64,000 nucleotides of DNA, taken from Spirochaetia bacterium (GTDB lineage Bacteria; Spirochaetota; Spirochaetia; CADAEX01). Under the pieces are notes generated by a model. The model saw nothing but the letters and a program-made list of their open reading frames with translations, was not told the origin of the DNA and ran no database searches. Within the stretch, counting starts at the first letter, position 1. Each line of letters starts with the position of its first letter. The position numbers and the translations under genes were made by a program. Where the stretch lies: NCBI GenBank assembly GCA_963662795.1, contig OY759746.1, positions 3,712,001 through 3,776,000 on the forward strand. Direction: 5' to 3'. This document shows, one piece after another, positions 40,602 to 49,325 of the stretch.

Positions 40602-40629
40602 TTCAGCTCCGGTATTAATCGGAGCTGAA
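40602..40629 (-). terminator. stem-loop immediately after the TRAP fused permease
   Basis: TTCAGCTCCG-8 nt-CGGAGCTGAA. Confidence 0.7.
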
Positions 40630-40634
40630 AGAAA

Positions 40635-42836
40635 TTATGATAAATATTTTGTATCCTCATATTTTTTTAACTGCTGGGATTGGTTAAAGTTTTTGGGATT
40701 TTTTTTGTATATCCATTGCATTGCAAAAACAAATAGAATAATTATTATACCAATCCAATCGGAAAACACACCAGGCTTTATGGAAAGGGCAGCCCCGGCA
40801 CAAATTAAAAATCTTTCAACCATAAACATTTTACGTTTAATATAACCTGCCATTCCAATAGCAAAACTAAGCGCACCGAACGAAGCCGTTAATATTACAA
40901 CGAATACCTTCAATGTGAAAGTCTGAGTACCGATAAGCAACGATGTATTATAAACAAAGATAAAGGGAACTATATACGCAACTGATGCAAGCCTCACAGC
41001 ATTAAAAGCTGTTGGCCAAAAATCTGCACCTGCAATTGCGGATGCCGCATATGATGTAATCGCTACCGGAGGAGTGAGTTCTGACATAATACCAAAATAG
41101 AAACAGAAAAGATGGGCTGCTATAGGCTCAACCCCTACTTTTACCATAATAGGAACAGTCATTATTGTCATTAAAATATAGTTAGCTGTTGTAGGAACAC
41201 CCATTCCAAGAACAATGCAAAGAAGCATTGTCAGAACCAGTGTCAACAACAGGTTGTTTTGTGCAATACCCGTAAGAAGGGAGGTAACAGCGGGAGTTAA
41301 ACCTGTAAGACTTGCAGTGCCGACAACAAAGCCTGCAGCCGCACATGGTATAGCTACTACCGTAAGAGTTTGCCCTGCCTGATCCAGGATATTTAGAAAT
41401 TTCTTAATATTAAGCCGAGTATTTTTATTTAACATACTCAAGACAATTGCCGCCACAAAAGCATAAAAAGGTGCAGCAAGAGCCGAGTATCCTCTTATCA
41501 GCATGCCAACGAGAATAATTACCGGTATAAAAAGATAACTTTTTTTCAAAGCTTCCATTTTCCATCCAACAGGTATTTCCGATTTGGGAAGGCCTACTGC
41601 TCCAATCTTACATGATTCAAAATGTATCATCGTAAATACACTTATGTAGTAAAGAGCAGCCGGAAGTATAGCTGCAACAACTATTTTAAGATAGCTTACA
41701 CCCAGAAACTCTGCCATAATAAAAGCAGCAGAACCCATAACTGGTGGCGTAACCTGACCACCAAGTGATGCCGCAGCTTCTGTCGCACCGGCCAGAGCAG
41801 GAGGAATACCTGTCCTTTTCATAAGTGGGATTGTTATAATCCCGGTTGTAGCAACATTGGAAGTAGAAGAACCGCTGAGCATAGCAAACATACTGCTTGC
41901 AACAACTGCCATTTTTGCGGGGCCTCCAACCATAGTCCCGAACCCCCCTTTAGCCATTTTGAGTAGAAGTTCTGCTAGTCCTGTGGCATGAAGAGCTGCT
42001 CCAAAAAGAAGAAACATGGCGATATATGTTGAAGAAACTCCGATCGGGGTAGACCACAAACCAATATCAAGAAGATAAAAATGTCTTATAATCATCGAAA
42101 TATTAAATCCGGGATGATAAAAAACACCGCCTACGAGAAAACCGAATTTACAGTAAATAAATAAAAATATTCCAATTGACATCAGAACCCTGCCGATGGA
42201 ACGTCTTGTTGCTTCAAGTACACAAAGTATTGTCCAAACACCGAAAATCTGGTCAGGCAGGGTAACAATCCCAGCCCTCATCACAATTGTGTCAGTGTAA
42301 ATAGCGATATACCAGCATCCGATAATACTTATAAAAATAAAAACAAAGTCATACCAGTATAGCCTATGTTCAATATCTTCATTATGGCTCTTTCTTTTTT
42401 TCTTGGTGAAATGTCTTGCTGCAACAAGCCCTGCAGTTATTAAAATAAAATAAGATAAATGCAGCATCAATGTTGCAGTTATTTTATTTACATAGAAAAA
42501 AAGAAAAATAGACATATTCAATCCAACCCCAATAAAAAAATAGGGGCCCCAAGGTTCCTTGTTTGATCCGCTGTTTCTATTGGCGGAAAATTTCAGAAAA
42601 CAGATCAAAAGAGCAAAACAGAGATGAACACTTCTCTGTCTCATCGCTGTGTACATACCGAACATAGCTGTATATAAATGAAATAAGCCAAACATTATTG
42701 CTATCACACTAATGGTTAAAAGCCATTTTTTGTCCAGGGTCCTGTATCCTGTAATTTGTTTTTCAAGCTTATCAGATGTTTTCTGAATTACTTCCATCTC
42801 CTGCTCTACAGTTAAAGGATCAAGTTTATCGCTCAT
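40635..42836 (-). CDS. TRAP fused permease (4TM/12TM, TAXI-associated)
   Basis: VLEATRR, FLLFGA.L, GGPAKMAVVASS, NVATTG..TIPLMKR, PPVMGSAAFIMAE, LGMGVPTTANY, LTPPVA; ATG 42836 after GGAGG. Confidence 0.95.
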   Translation of the reverse strand: MSDKLDPLTVEQEMEVIQKTSDKLEKQITGYRTLDKKWLLTISVIAIMFGLFHLYTAMFGMYTAMRQRSVHLCFALLICFLKFSANRNSGSNKEPWGPYFFIGVGLNMSIFLFFYVNKITATLMLHLSYFILITAGLVAARHFTKKKRKSHNEDIEHRLYWYDFVFIFISIIGCWYIAIYTDTIVMRAGIVTLPDQIFGVWTILCVLEATRRSIGRVLMSIGIFLFIYCKFGFLVGGVFYHPGFNISMIIRHFYLLDIGLWSTPIGVSSTYIAMFLLFGAALHATGLAELLLKMAKGGFGTMVGGPAKMAVVASSMFAMLSGSSTSNVATTGIITIPLMKRTGIPPALAGATEAAASLGGQVTPPVMGSAAFIMAEFLGVSYLKIVVAAILPAALYYISVFTMIHFESCKIGAVGLPKSEIPVGWKMEALKKSYLFIPVIILVGMLIRGYSALAAPFYAFVAAIVLSMLNKNTRLNIKKFLNILDQAGQTLTVVAIPCAAAGFVVGTASLTGLTPAVTSLLTGIAQNNLLLTLVLTMLLCIVLGMGVPTTANYILMTIMTVPIMVKVGVEPIAAHLFCFYFGIMSELTPPVAITSYAASAIAGADFWPTAFNAVRLASVAYIVPFIFVYNTSLLIGTQTFTLKVFVVILTASFGALSFAIGMAGYIKRKMFMVERFLICAGAALSIKPGVFSDWIGIIIILFVFAMQWIYKKNPKNFNQSQQLKKYEDTKYLS

Positions 42837-42877
42837 TAGAGCCTCCATTCTTTATTAAAAAAATATAAAAAATTATT

Positions 42878-42909
42878 AAAAAGGACTGCTCTTCAGGAAC
42901 AGCCCTTTA
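42878..42909 (-). terminator. internal terminator-like hairpin between racemase and permease
   Basis: Minus strand AAAGGGCTGTTC-CTGAA-GAGCAGTCCTTT-TT. Confidence 0.65.
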
Positions 42910-42928
42910 AATCATAAAGAGATAATAT

Positions 42929-43654
42929 TTAACAATCCAGAGGGTATTCTTTTCTTATGATTGCTGCATGAACCATCTGAGTCAAGGTCAAAATGTCAAA
43001 GACAGGTTTGTTGATAAGCTTCTGAATATCTCTGGCAAAAGGCGGGAGGTCAGTACATTCAATAAGCAATGCTCCAATATCCGAATTTTCCTCATAAAGT
43101 TTTCCTACCTCAAATAAAACCTTTTCTCTAAGAAGATCAATATTTAAATCTGTTCTGGTTCTGTCGATAATGACACTCCGGAATTCTTCATGCTGCATCA
43201 TACCAGCAACACAGTGAGGAATGTTTTTAGCATTTACAATTTCAAGATAATCCGGGGTAAAACTTTTTTTATCCGCGACAAGAATCCCCAGTTTCTTTCC
43301 ACCAATCATTTGCGAAATAAGTGGAATCTGCATGATACTTGAAATATACACAGGAACATTAACTTCTGCCGCAATTTTGTTCTGAAGCAGAGCCATAAAC
43401 CCACAGCTTCCTGTTATAGCTTTAACACCCATCGCTTCAAGTTCTTTTGCGCCTTCAATAAACTTGGGCAGAAGATTTGCGCATTTATCTCGAACAACAA
43501 TATCAGGTGTCGCTCCTTCCAATACTTTAAATACAACAGGAAAATCATAAGAATGATGATTTTTTATATGGCCTGGTACTTTGTAGTAATAGGACTCAAG
43601 AACCAAGATACCAATTTCTGCCCCATAACAATTAGGTCCACCTTTTAAGATCAT
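42929..43654 (-). CDS. Asp/Glu/hydantoin racemase superfamily protein
   Basis: GG.N.YG.EIGILVLE, catalytic Cys pair ITGSCGF and IECTDLPP, PVFDI. Confidence 0.85.
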   Translation of the reverse strand: MILKGGPNCYGAEIGILVLESYYYKVPGHIKNHHSYDFPVVFKVLEGATPDIVVRDKCANLLPKFIEGAKELEAMGVKAITGSCGFMALLQNKIAAEVNVPVYISSIMQIPLISQMIGGKKLGILVADKKSFTPDYLEIVNAKNIPHCVAGMMQHEEFRSVIIDRTRTDLNIDLLREKVLFEVGKLYEENSDIGALLIECTDLPPFARDIQKLINKPVFDILTLTQMVHAAIIRKEYPLDC

Positions 43655-43670
43655 ATTTAACTCCAGATAA

Positions 43671-44654
43671 TTATTTAATTATTCCTTTTTCTTTATAATA
43701 CTTTACTGCACCCGGGTGTAAAGGAATATTCCCCATCATATTGGTAGCTGTTTCCAGACTGATTTTCTTTGCCTGATCGTGAACTGCCCGAACCTCTTCG
43801 ATCCCTTTAAACATTCCATCTAGAAAATCATAAACAACCTTGTCCGGGACGGATGAAATTGCGCAGATTGTACTTCCTGTTGTAAATACTTCAACATCTT
43901 CGTCCATTCCATTATATGTTCCTGCAGGTATTGTACCAAATCCGTACCAAGGGAATTTTTTACTGAATTCAATTTTATCTTTAACAGGATCTTTAAACCC
44001 AAGCAGGTTGATAGGCCTTGAAGAAGCAAGTTCAATTATTCCACTGGCCGGCCATGCAGTAGCATATCCTGCAACATCAAGGTGCCTGTCTTTCATTGCA
44101 GCAACCCTTTCAGTATGCGAGAGGGGTCTCCAGTCAACATCTTTTGTTGTAAGCCCGTAAAAAGAAAGTATTTCCTCATACTGTATAAGGTCGCCTGAAC
44201 CAGGAGATCCAGGTGCTATAGCTTTCCCTTTAAGATCTGCAAAAGTCTTAATCCCGCTATCTTTCCATGAGACTGCCTGAAGAGCTGTTGGGAAAAGGTT
44301 GCAAACAAATCTTACATCCTTCCAAGGTTCTTCACCTTTGAAATATTGAGTTCCGCTCCAGGCATATTCATTTATAGCTGTATTGATCATCCCAAATTGA
44401 TATTCTTTTTGTTTCATTAACCGGATATTTTCTGTTGATCCACCTGAGGCCTGAACTGTGATTTTAGAATCAGTGTACTTGGACACCTGTGTAACAATTG
44501 TAGCAGCAACCGGATACCAGCTACCGGTCATTCCTGAAGTCCCCATTACAATTCCTTTGGAATCTGTTGTTTCTACTTTTTCAGCATTGCCTGTCGCGAA
44601 AACAATATTGCCAAGCAAACAAAAACTGATAAGCACCATTAAAATTTTTTTCAT
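43671..44654 (-). CDS. TAXI-family TRAP substrate-binding protein
   Basis: GTSGMTGSWYP, SGGSTENI, DLKGK.I.PG.PGSG, IPAGTY.G, PLHPGAVKYYKE. Confidence 0.95.
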   Translation of the reverse strand: MKKILMVLISFCLLGNIVFATGNAEKVETTDSKGIVMGTSGMTGSWYPVAATIVTQVSKYTDSKITVQASGGSTENIRLMKQKEYQFGMINTAINEYAWSGTQYFKGEEPWKDVRFVCNLFPTALQAVSWKDSGIKTFADLKGKAIAPGSPGSGDLIQYEEILSFYGLTTKDVDWRPLSHTERVAAMKDRHLDVAGYATAWPASGIIELASSRPINLLGFKDPVKDKIEFSKKFPWYGFGTIPAGTYNGMDEDVEVFTTGSTICAISSVPDKVVYDFLDGMFKGIEEVRAVHDQAKKISLETATNMMGNIPLHPGAVKYYKEKGIIK

Positions 44655-44692
44655 CTTGTTTCTCCTTTTCTCTTTTTTATTAAAAAAAGACG

Positions 44693-45694
44693 TTATACAA
44701 CATCTTTTTCAGTATCCATAAGGTTAAGCAGTTTTCCAATATTTTTCTCCTCAGCCATTTTAAATAATTCTTTGCATAGTGCGACATCGTGAAGACCAAG
44801 TCCGAAGTTGTGATCAAGTATGGTTTCATGATCATTCACACGTCCAGGTTTCATACCTGCGACTATCTCTCCGAGCTGAGCATAGGGTCCTGCAGGAAGT
44901 TTTGAATAATATCCTTCATTTTCAACATTTGTTTCATAAAACTGTCTCCAGTCATCAACAATAAATTTATCCGCGACAAACGGAAAATCTTTTGTCCATC
45001 CGCTTGTGTGAACCGGCATTACAAGAGCACCTTTTTTAACCCACGCCCTGTCAAAAACAGGTTTAGTTATTTTTCCGGTGCAGGTTATAATTATATCAGA
45101 ATCCCTGATTGCAGCTTCTGCTGTCGACTCAACTGTAATCTCAAGACTGCTTCTATCATTTACATAAGTTTTGAAAGTTTTTATCATATTTACATCAATA
45201 TCAAAAACTTTTACTTTTTCCAGAGTAGGAATAATCTTTTTCATATTTGCAGCATGTATTCTTCCCTGAATTCCAGTTCCGATAATCGTAAAAGTTTTAG
45301 CGTTCCCGGGAGCCAGCCATTTTGCCGCAACCGCAGATACAGCTGCTGTTCTTATTCCTGTAGTCCAGGCACAGTCGAGAATCGCCAATGGAAAACCAGT
45401 GGAATCATCATTGATAATATTGACTCCGGTAATTCCCGGAAGTCCCTTTGCCGCATTGGCCGAAAATCCACTTACCCATTTAATACCGGCAGCCTTAAAC
45501 CTTGGTAAATAAGCAGGCATGGCATGAAAAAAAGATTTTGAATCAGGATGTATAGCTGGTTTTTTTGGATTTACAAAATAACCGTTAGCGTGTTCCACAA
45601 GAACTTTTTCGATTATACTTACCACAAAGTCAAATTCTAGATTCATCGAAATGATATCTTCATGTGAAACGTATCTAAGTTGAATAATGCTCAT
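44693..45694 (-). CDS. ornithine cyclodeaminase/mu-crystallin family enzyme (SbnB/AlaDH-like)
   Basis: HAMPAYL, GIKWVSGF..N...GLP, T..RTAAVS, GTGIQG, LGEIVAG.KPGR, GLGLHDVA. Confidence 0.92.
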   Translation of the reverse strand: MSIIQLRYVSHEDIISMNLEFDFVVSIIEKVLVEHANGYFVNPKKPAIHPDSKSFFHAMPAYLPRFKAAGIKWVSGFSANAAKGLPGITGVNIINDDSTGFPLAILDCAWTTGIRTAAVSAVAAKWLAPGNAKTFTIIGTGIQGRIHAANMKKIIPTLEKVKVFDIDVNMIKTFKTYVNDRSSLEITVESTAEAAIRDSDIIITCTGKITKPVFDRAWVKKGALVMPVHTSGWTKDFPFVADKFIVDDWRQFYETNVENEGYYSKLPAGPYAQLGEIVAGMKPGRVNDHETILDHNFGLGLHDVALCKELFKMAEEKNIGKLLNLMDTEKDVV

Positions 45695-46036
45695 TGTTTT
45701 CCTCTTTTTTTAGACTTAAGACAGTTAATCACTCGGATGGAGATACTGCAAATTTTTTTTGAAAAAAGATAATTTATATCTATTTTTTAAATCAAATACA
45801 TATACTTCTTAAATGATAATAGTTTTTTTTACATGCGATGAAGCTGAGAGGCTGGTGATTATAAATGTTTTTAATTAATCCTGGCACTGTATCTTGTCTA
45901 CCGTTCAATAGTGAGTAACCAAACTGATTTTAGTGAGGAAACCCTTTCAGGTAAATGTTCGGGGTATATCGATTATATTTTCCAGGTTACAGAAAGTTTT
46001 AAGAACTAAATCCCCATAATGAAAAAATACACTTCT

Positions 46037-47473
46037 TTATACAAGCAAAAAGGATTTGCCATCCCTTTTGCGAAGGTCTTCAGGTTTTAATCCAAGTTCT
46101 CTTTCGAGAATAGCCATCACTTGCGGTCCGCAGAAACCGCCCTGGCAGCGGCCAAGGCCCGGCCGGCATCTCCGTTTTACAGCATCCATTGTCCTTGCAC
46201 CTAAAGGCCGGTGGATAGCCTGTATGATTTCAGCCTCGGTAATTGTTTCACAACGGCAGATAATGTGGCCATAATGGGAATTCTGCTTAATAAGACAGCT
46301 TTTCTCATCTAAAGACGCTTCCTTGAAACTTACAATTCTTCTACGCTTGCGTATATAACCATTCCGCCGTTCCAGCACCAGGCCAGCATCCTGCATATAC
46401 TGCATAACATATTTGGCAATAGAAAGACTGCCTGTAAGACCGGAAGAACGGATTCCGGAAATACCGACATAGCCGGGTACTTTTCGGGAAACAAGGATAT
46501 TATACCCCTCAGGATCACGGGCAGGACGCAACCCGGTAAACTGTGTTATTGTATCTTCGATATGAAGATCAGGCACCATTTGTTTGGCCGTAGCTATCAG
46601 TTCCTGAAAACCGTCAAATGTTGTTTTTTTATCATCCTTGTCTTGAAGATCTTCCGCAGTAGCGCCCAGAAGTATATTACCTTCCGAAGTTGGAACAACA
46701 TTTGCACCCCGCAGTGTCGGAGAGGGGACAAGTCCTATGATATGTTTGACTTTCACACTGGTTTCCCTGTCCAGCAAAATAAAATGACCTTTCCTGGGAT
46801 AAATCTTAAAATCGCATTCTCCCACCATCTTTGCAATTTCATCACAATAAAGCCCAGCTGAGTTAATAACCCATTTGGCTTTAAATTCTCCTTTTGTTGT
46901 AATAACTTTCTCCATTACTCCATTATTGACTTCGATATCCAGAACTTTACAATCGAGAAAAAATTCAACACCGTTTTCAGCCGCATTTTCCGCCTGGGCA
47001 ATTATATACTCAAAAACATTAACATGCGATGTACGGGCGTCATATATACCTGCTAATACTGCGGGATTAATATTTGGTTCCATTTCGAGAATTTCTTCGC
47101 GGGTTACTGGCTCGAGATCCTGAACATTATTGTCGAAACCCTTTTTAAGCATTAAAGGAATTCTCTCTTTCTGTTCCTCATTGATTGCTATTATTAACAT
47201 GCCGCAATGGTTTATTGGTATATCAAGATCTTCGCAAAGCTTGTATGACATCGGCTTTGCAGCTGGAGCAATTTTCCCTTCCAGTGTAAAAGGCGGTACT
47301 GAATATTCTGTGCTTATAAGACCTGTACAGGACTTTGAAGCATCACCGCCTATATCATCTTTCTTGTCAATAACGATGACTTTTAGTTTATATTTGGAAA
47401 ATTCACGAGCCAGGGCAATCCCTACCGCTCCAGCACCGATTATTAATATATCTGAATTATACACGATAATCAT
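46037..47473 (-). CDS. FAD-dependent oxidoreductase, GlpA/L2HGDH-like, with C-terminal BFD [2Fe-2S] domain
   Basis: IIGAGAVG, VINSAGLY.DEIA, PRKG, GN.L.G.TAED, GLRP, ICRCE.ITEAEI, RCQGGFC. Confidence 0.9.
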   Translation of the reverse strand: MIIVYNSDILIIGAGAVGIALAREFSKYKLKVIVIDKKDDIGGDASKSCTGLISTEYSVPPFTLEGKIAPAAKPMSYKLCEDLDIPINHCGMLIIAINEEQKERIPLMLKKGFDNNVQDLEPVTREEILEMEPNINPAVLAGIYDARTSHVNVFEYIIAQAENAAENGVEFFLDCKVLDIEVNNGVMEKVITTKGEFKAKWVINSAGLYCDEIAKMVGECDFKIYPRKGHFILLDRETSVKVKHIIGLVPSPTLRGANVVPTSEGNILLGATAEDLQDKDDKKTTFDGFQELIATAKQMVPDLHIEDTITQFTGLRPARDPEGYNILVSRKVPGYVGISGIRSSGLTGSLSIAKYVMQYMQDAGLVLERRNGYIRKRRRIVSFKEASLDEKSCLIKQNSHYGHIICRCETITEAEIIQAIHRPLGARTMDAVKRRCRPGLGRCQGGFCGPQVMAILERELGLKPEDLRKRDGKSFLLV

Positions 47474-47838
47474 TTCTCCTTATTGATAGACATACAGGTA
47501 ACTATATCTATACCTGTGCCAAGAATGTCTGAAATTATTACCTGATTTATTTTCACCGGGGCTTCTATGGAAATCTTTTTGATTGCTTTCATACACTCAA
47601 AAATAATTTCTTTCGGAATCGGTTTTGTAGACCTCACTGGCATCATTCTTCTTCCATACGCTGCAAGAAGCTTTACTGAAGATGTAAGAATTCTGCAGGG
47701 ATTGATAAACTCACGTTTTGAGTATTCATACCCTCTTTTGCAGAGGTTATTGTTTATCTTGATAATTCCCGTCCCTTCTTCTTCAACCTTTATTCTGCAT
47801 CCTCGGGGACAAATAATACAGATTATCTCTTTTACCAT
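47470..47838 (-). CDS. DUF1667 CxxC Fe-S/Zn-binding small subunit
   Basis: ICIICPRGC, LCKRG..Y...E...P.R.LTSSV, PVRST.PIPK, APV. Confidence 0.9.
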   Translation of the reverse strand: MVKEIICIICPRGCRIKVEEEGTGIIKINNNLCKRGYEYSKREFINPCRILTSSVKLLAAYGRRMMPVRSTKPIPKEIIFECMKAIKKISIEAPVKINQVIISDILGTGIDIVTCMSINKEK

Positions 47839-49091
47839 TATGCAATCTCCCTTACACTGACTTTTATAGGTGTAGCAAGTCTGGAAATATCGTTTTTATT
47901 AATCAATATAGATTCAATTTCGCCGGGATTTACAGCAACAGCTTTGTGTTTGTAAATACAGCTCCCATCTGCTTCTGCTATTATCTCTGTATCTTTCATT
48001 GGAGAAAGCACTCTAAAAAAAAGCTTTACATCCTCCTCTTTATCAACAACAATTTTCTTAGGGCAGACATATCTGACATTATTTCCAGTGTTAACTTCAA
48101 CGACTCTGCCTTCCTGAAGTTTTCCTTTTGCAAATAACGCGGCATGCATACCTGCGTTTTCACTTTCTCGGGAAACGTTATCAACGAGATCATTCACGTG
48201 AAGCACATTTCCGCAGGCAAATATTGAATCAACATTTGTCTGCATATACTGATTAACCTCAGCACCCCTTGTAATTTCCGACAGCTTGATACCTACTGTT
48301 TTTGAGAGTTCATTTTCCGGAATAAGCCCTACCGAAAGCAGAAGCGTATCGCATTCAATGTCAAATTTTTTAACCATTATCGGCTTGCAGTCAGTATCAA
48401 CCGGAGCGACAGTTACGCTTGTAATCCTGTCTATTCCTGTAATATCGATTATTGTATGTGACAGCATTAAAGGAATATTAAAATCGTTTAGACACTGAAC
48501 CAGGTTTCTCGTCAGCCCTGCGAGGTAAGGAAGTATTTCCACAACTGCTTTTACAGTTCCACCCTCTAGGGTAAGACGTCTTGCCATAATCATTCCGATA
48601 TCGCCTGAACCAAGTATGACAATATTTTTACCTACCATATCACCGTAAATATTCAAAAGCTTTTGTGCTGTCCCGGCAGTGTAGATACCTGCCGGGCGCA
48701 TACCCGGTATCATTAAGTTAGCCCGTGTTCTTTCGCGGCATCCCATAGCCAGAACATAAGCCCCAGCCATAATATTAATCATCCCTTTTTTCCCTACACA
48801 ATAAAGATTATTACCCCTGAATTCGAGTGCCATTGTTTCGGATAAAAATTCTATTTTCAGTTTTACTGTCTGATCTATAAAGCGTTGCATATATTCAGGC
48901 CCTGTCAATTCACGGTTAAAATAACTGAGACCGAACCCTGGATGAATACATTGCTGAAGGATCCCCCCCATATGGCTGTCTCTTTCTATGATAACTACTT
49001 TTTTTGCTCCTGTTTTTTTCGCGGAAACTGCCGCGGACAGACCTGCAGGTCCAGCACCAATTACTGCAACATCACAAACCAGCTCTTCCAT
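47838..49091 (-). CDS. NAD(P)/FAD-dependent oxidoreductase (partner subunit of GlpA-like complex)
   Basis: GAGPAGL, GGILQQCIH.GFGL..F.RELTGPEY, MGCRERTR, GSGDIGMIMARR, CGNVLHVNDLVD.V; ATG 49091 after CAGGAG. Confidence 0.9.
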   Translation of the reverse strand: MEELVCDVAVIGAGPAGLSAAVSAKKTGAKKVVIIERDSHMGGILQQCIHPGFGLSYFNRELTGPEYMQRFIDQTVKLKIEFLSETMALEFRGNNLYCVGKKGMINIMAGAYVLAMGCRERTRANLMIPGMRPAGIYTAGTAQKLLNIYGDMVGKNIVILGSGDIGMIMARRLTLEGGTVKAVVEILPYLAGLTRNLVQCLNDFNIPLMLSHTIIDITGIDRITSVTVAPVDTDCKPIMVKKFDIECDTLLLSVGLIPENELSKTVGIKLSEITRGAEVNQYMQTNVDSIFACGNVLHVNDLVDNVSRESENAGMHAALFAKGKLQEGRVVEVNTGNNVRYVCPKKIVVDKEEDVKLFFRVLSPMKDTEIIAEADGSCIYKHKAVAVNPGEIESILINKNDISRLATPIKVSVREIA

Positions 49092-49126
49092 ATAAAACAC
49101 TCCTGCAAAAAATCAAACGTAACTTT

Positions 49127-49194
49127 TAGATAAATAAACTGTCTGTTTATTTATCTACTAATCAAACACAGCGGATAAAACTTCTGAAGTTTTA
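49127..49194. repeat. two inverted repeats in the oxidoreductase leader
   Basis: TAGATAAATAAAC-5 nt-GTTTATTTATCTA (49127-49157) and TAAAACTTC-T-GAAGTTTTA (49176-49194). Confidence 0.75.
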
Positions 49195-49325
49195 CGCCTA
49201 TGTATACACTTCCGTATTATCAGGCTATTACTTGTAAATTATCCTTTATAATGAAGAGGTAATCAATTATTACTGATTATTTTACGTGATTGATTAATAT
49301 TGTTTATGAGAATCATTTACAATAT

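Noticed and set aside
45700-46030. Riboswitch or IS end in the leader of the OCD-TAXI operon
   Set aside because: No recognisable aptamer consensus, terminator or transposase peptide found by eye.
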